Below, one piece after another: positions 61,497 through 64,000 of a stretch of 64,000 nucleotides of DNA. Made by a program: the position numbers and the translations under genes. The notes under the pieces were generated by a model, which saw nothing but the letters and a program-made list of their open reading frames with translations, had not been told where the DNA came from and ran no database searches. The DNA comes from Alloascoidea hylecoeti (Eukaryota), in the NCBI GenBank assembly GCA_001600815.1, contig BCKZ01000031.1:1-64000 (forward strand), in the 5' to 3' direction. Numbering within the stretch: position 1 is the first letter of the stretch; every line of letters starts with the position of its first letter.

Positions 61497-63292
61497 GAGC
61501 GCTTACTAGAAAAAGTATATTCGTCAATAGCAGTGCACTTGTATTACAAAACCTTCTGTGCAATTTACCCATGACAGGTTTGTTTATAACTGGGTATAAT
61601 GGTATGCCAAATATAGATANATCAAGTGGTGCTGCTAGAAAGACTGGATCAAGTGGTGCTGTTAATGTTAANACTAGTTCCNAGATAAATCAAATGGGTG
61701 ATTATTTTTACACAACTTCATTTATCAATGGTGAGACACTAAAATTCGAAGCAGAAAGTATTTGGTTGGAGACAGCATTACCGCAATTAGATGACCCTGG
61801 AGTAACAACGGCATTGACCTTGGGTGGTATATTGAAAATCAAATATGGCCCTCAAGAAAGATTTTCCGAAGCAGATATATCTGATTTTATAAGGGAAAAA
61901 TTGCTTGCTCCTGGTATTAGTTTTTACAATGATATAACAGAATCTGATTTAACTTTGCACGGAGAAAAAACTGGAAAGCTAATGATGGGAACTCGAAAAA
62001 GAAATATATCAACGAGATCAGATTTTACTATTTCTAGTAAAAATAACCCTGATATTATCACTATTGAGATGAAAATACCTCAATTAGAAAAAATGGTGGG
62101 AGGTGTCAGTGGGTTTAACCCCGATGCTAAGTTTAAAGAAAAAGTTAATCAAGTTATTCAACAAGCACTCACACTTGGAACACCATTTGGTATTCTAAGT
62201 GATGGAGTCTTGATCTTTTTATTCGAAATACCATTAGATACAGAATTGAAAGATTATGAGGCGAAAATACCTAATAAAGGATCTAAATATAAGGAACTAC
62301 CCATCAATTACAAAGTTATAAGAGCTCGTGAAAACGGAGTTTTTTTAATATTTTTATTGTTTCTGAAAAAAGCAATTGACTTTTTCAATATTCACACTAG
62401 AGAAGAAGTAAAAGAAAAATTACAACATTTTGCGAATTGGTTAGAGAAATCGGTNGAAGAAACCATCATTGCTGAAACTGAATCTCGAGATAAGATGAAA
62501 GATTACTTTTTATTTTCTGAGGAATCTGAAAATGTAGACATCACACGGGATATGAATTTAAGGATAAAATTCAGTTCTTTTCAAGAAACAGATCGGATTC
62601 AGCTTTCCAAGCTTCCAGATGAACGTTATCATTCACAGGTACTGCGTTGTTCATCACAGCAGTTTTATGAGGCGACTGATAGCAACTCTTTTAACCTTAT
62701 AAGCGGACGTGAATATATTATTAAGTGGATTGACCCGGTCCTTGCTGTTTGTAACAACAAAAGATTGATTAAGTTGGCTGAACCTTGTTACAATTATTAC
62801 AAAGATGAACTACGAATCTACATGGTGTTATCAGAAAAAACAAATTTAGAGGACATAGTGCCTAAGCTTCATGGAATAGGTTTTTGTACCTTATTTGGTG
62901 ATAATGGTGAAACCGTTAGTGCAGGACTATTCCTGTTACTAGATTACATTGATGGTAAAGAACCTGATTTTTCAGATGNTAAAATATACGAAAAGGCAAT
63001 GTCAAATTTGAAAAAGTTACACGATGCNGACATAACTCATGGGGACATTAGACTCCCAAACATAAGGGTAACAGANAAACAANATGTGTANTTTTTCGAT
63101 TTTGGNTTAAGTAGCACANCTAAAGGANATAAAACAAGAANTACTGATATTCAAAGCAAAAGGGATGAGGAAAAATTATACCAACTCAGGGAAGAAGCAT
63201 TAAAAGCAAAAGAGTACTCAGCACCAATAATAGAAGAAAGGGAAGAAACAATGGGAGAGGAAGGAAGAAAAAGAAGAAGATTAAATCCATAA
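61355..63292 (+). CDS. PD-(D/E)XK restriction-endonuclease-like domain fused to a C-terminal protein-kinase-like domain
   Basis: Nuclease: SEADI, RSDF, IEMK, QVIQQA..FGILSDG. Kinase: IIKW, DELRIY, VPKLHG, LLLDYIDG, HGDIRLPNI, DFxLS. C-terminal RKRRR NLS-like motif. Confidence 0.85.
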   Translation: METITDKFKQYSDEIEKIFSENRHQLSEVDPSIFFXDLSKEENLNELRALTRKSIFVNSSALVLQNLLCNLPMTGLFITGYNGMPNIDXSSGAARKTGSSGAVNVXTSSXINQMGDYFYTTSFINGETLKFEAESIWLETALPQLDDPGVTTALTLGGILKIKYGPQERFSEADISDFIREKLLAPGISFYNDITESDLTLHGEKTGKLMMGTRKRNISTRSDFTISSKNNPDIITIEMKIPQLEKMVGGVSGFNPDAKFKEKVNQVIQQALTLGTPFGILSDGVLIFLFEIPLDTELKDYEAKIPNKGSKYKELPINYKVIRARENGVFLIFLLFLKKAIDFFNIHTREEVKEKLQHFANWLEKSXEETIIAETESRDKMKDYFLFSEESENVDITRDMNLRIKFSSFQETDRIQLSKLPDERYHSQVLRCSSQQFYEATDSNSFNLISGREYIIKWIDPVLAVCNNKRLIKLAEPCYNYYKDELRIYMVLSEKTNLEDIVPKLHGIGFCTLFGDNGETVSAGLFLLLDYIDGKEPDFSDXKIYEKAMSNLKKLHDXDITHGDIRLPNIRVTXKQXVXFFDFXLSSTXKGXKTRXTDIQSKRDEEKLYQLREEALKAKEYSAPIIEEREETMGEEGRKRRRLNP

Positions 63293-63657
63293 CCATAATT
63301 TACTATTTTTTTTATGATTTTACTTTATGTTATTTTATTTTATGAATATTACATTATACCTTATATGAATTATAGATTATAATCTATAAACTTAATAGCT
63401 AGTCTAATTGCAAACTTCAAAAATCATTTTAAAACATAGAAAATGTACCGATTGCAAACTGATAAGAAGAACTTGAAATACCAAAGAAAAACACGAACNA
63501 TTACTTTTGATATACCCAATAAACAATGAAAAGAAAATGAAGAAGAAGAATCAATTTATATAATAAATGACAATACATTTTTAAACAAGATTAAAATACT
63601 CTAATAAATTCAGAATTAATTATAGCCGCTTACAACTTCCTTATCTATATCTATATA

Positions 63658-64000
63658 CTATACCATATTATTGTTTTGAAGGGCAATGCTTTTCGTCATA
63701 TTATTAACCTTNTAGATCCCTACAAGTTGTTGTGCTAACTCGAACATATTATTTCTCAAAGAAATAANAACAAATTGAGCATTTTTGGTTCGTTCTTTAA
63801 TATAATTTGCAACAATTGAAACNTTTCGAAAATCCAAAGCAGCATCTATTTCATCCATTACATACAAANGTGTGGGTTTATATTTATGAAGTGCAAAAAC
63901 TAAGGCCAAAGAGCTAAGANTTTTTTCACCGCCTGAAANATTCGAAATATTTCTCCAACTTTTCTTTGGCGGCATCACACTAAAAAGAATTCCTTCTGAA
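63658..64000 (-). CDS. SMC4: Condensin SMC4, C-terminal ATPase end (partial; gene extends beyond the window)
   Basis: PPKKSWRNISNxSGGEK, LYVMDEIDAALDFR, KERTKNAQF. Confidence 0.95.
   Translation of the reverse strand, partial: SEGILFSVMPPKKSWRNISNXSGGEKXLSSLALVFALHKYKPTXLYVMDEIDAALDFRXVSIVANYIKERTKNAQFVXISLRNNMFELAQQLVGIXKVNNMTKSIALQNNNMV

Noticed and set aside
1..64000. Alternative CUG decoding
   Set aside because: CTG codons fall at conserved Leu/hydrophobic positions (RTS1 KELKR and VQLSK; SDR KLGG), consistent with the standard code on this small sample

Overview
AT-rich, intron-containing fungal DNA, most likely a budding yeast. It retains respiratory complex I, has GTATGT/GTAAGT...ACTAAC...YAG introns, and CTG reads as Leu at conserved positions. 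About 22 housekeeping-type genes are recognisable: two PP2A-B56/RTS1 paralogs, CDC55, COX4, COX13, complex I 24-kDa subunit, STR3, IDI1, BFR1, EFR3, RSA1-like, CSN7-like, SDH4-like, MCA1, a cytochrome b5 reductase, ZTA1, CMS1, the SMC4 3' end, plus tRNA-Asp. Long intergenic zones hold degenerate gene fragments (ZTA1, PSP1-like, b5 reductase, STE20-like, TAF1), Tc1/mariner remnants and three fold-back inverted repeats. The most interesting items are: (1) an intronless 645-aa PD-(D/E)XK nuclease + kinase fusion with Spok/Crinkler-like architecture, head-to-head with a small orphan ORF, which is a candidate toxin-antidote or meiotic-drive unit; (2) a circularly permuted ZTA1/PSP1 pseudogene cassette suggesting integration of a DNA circle; (3) a 554-bp palindrome followed by a (TACTAAC)n array; (4) a bacterial-type butanediol dehydrogenase with an added N-terminal leader. 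All calls were made by eye, without database searches.
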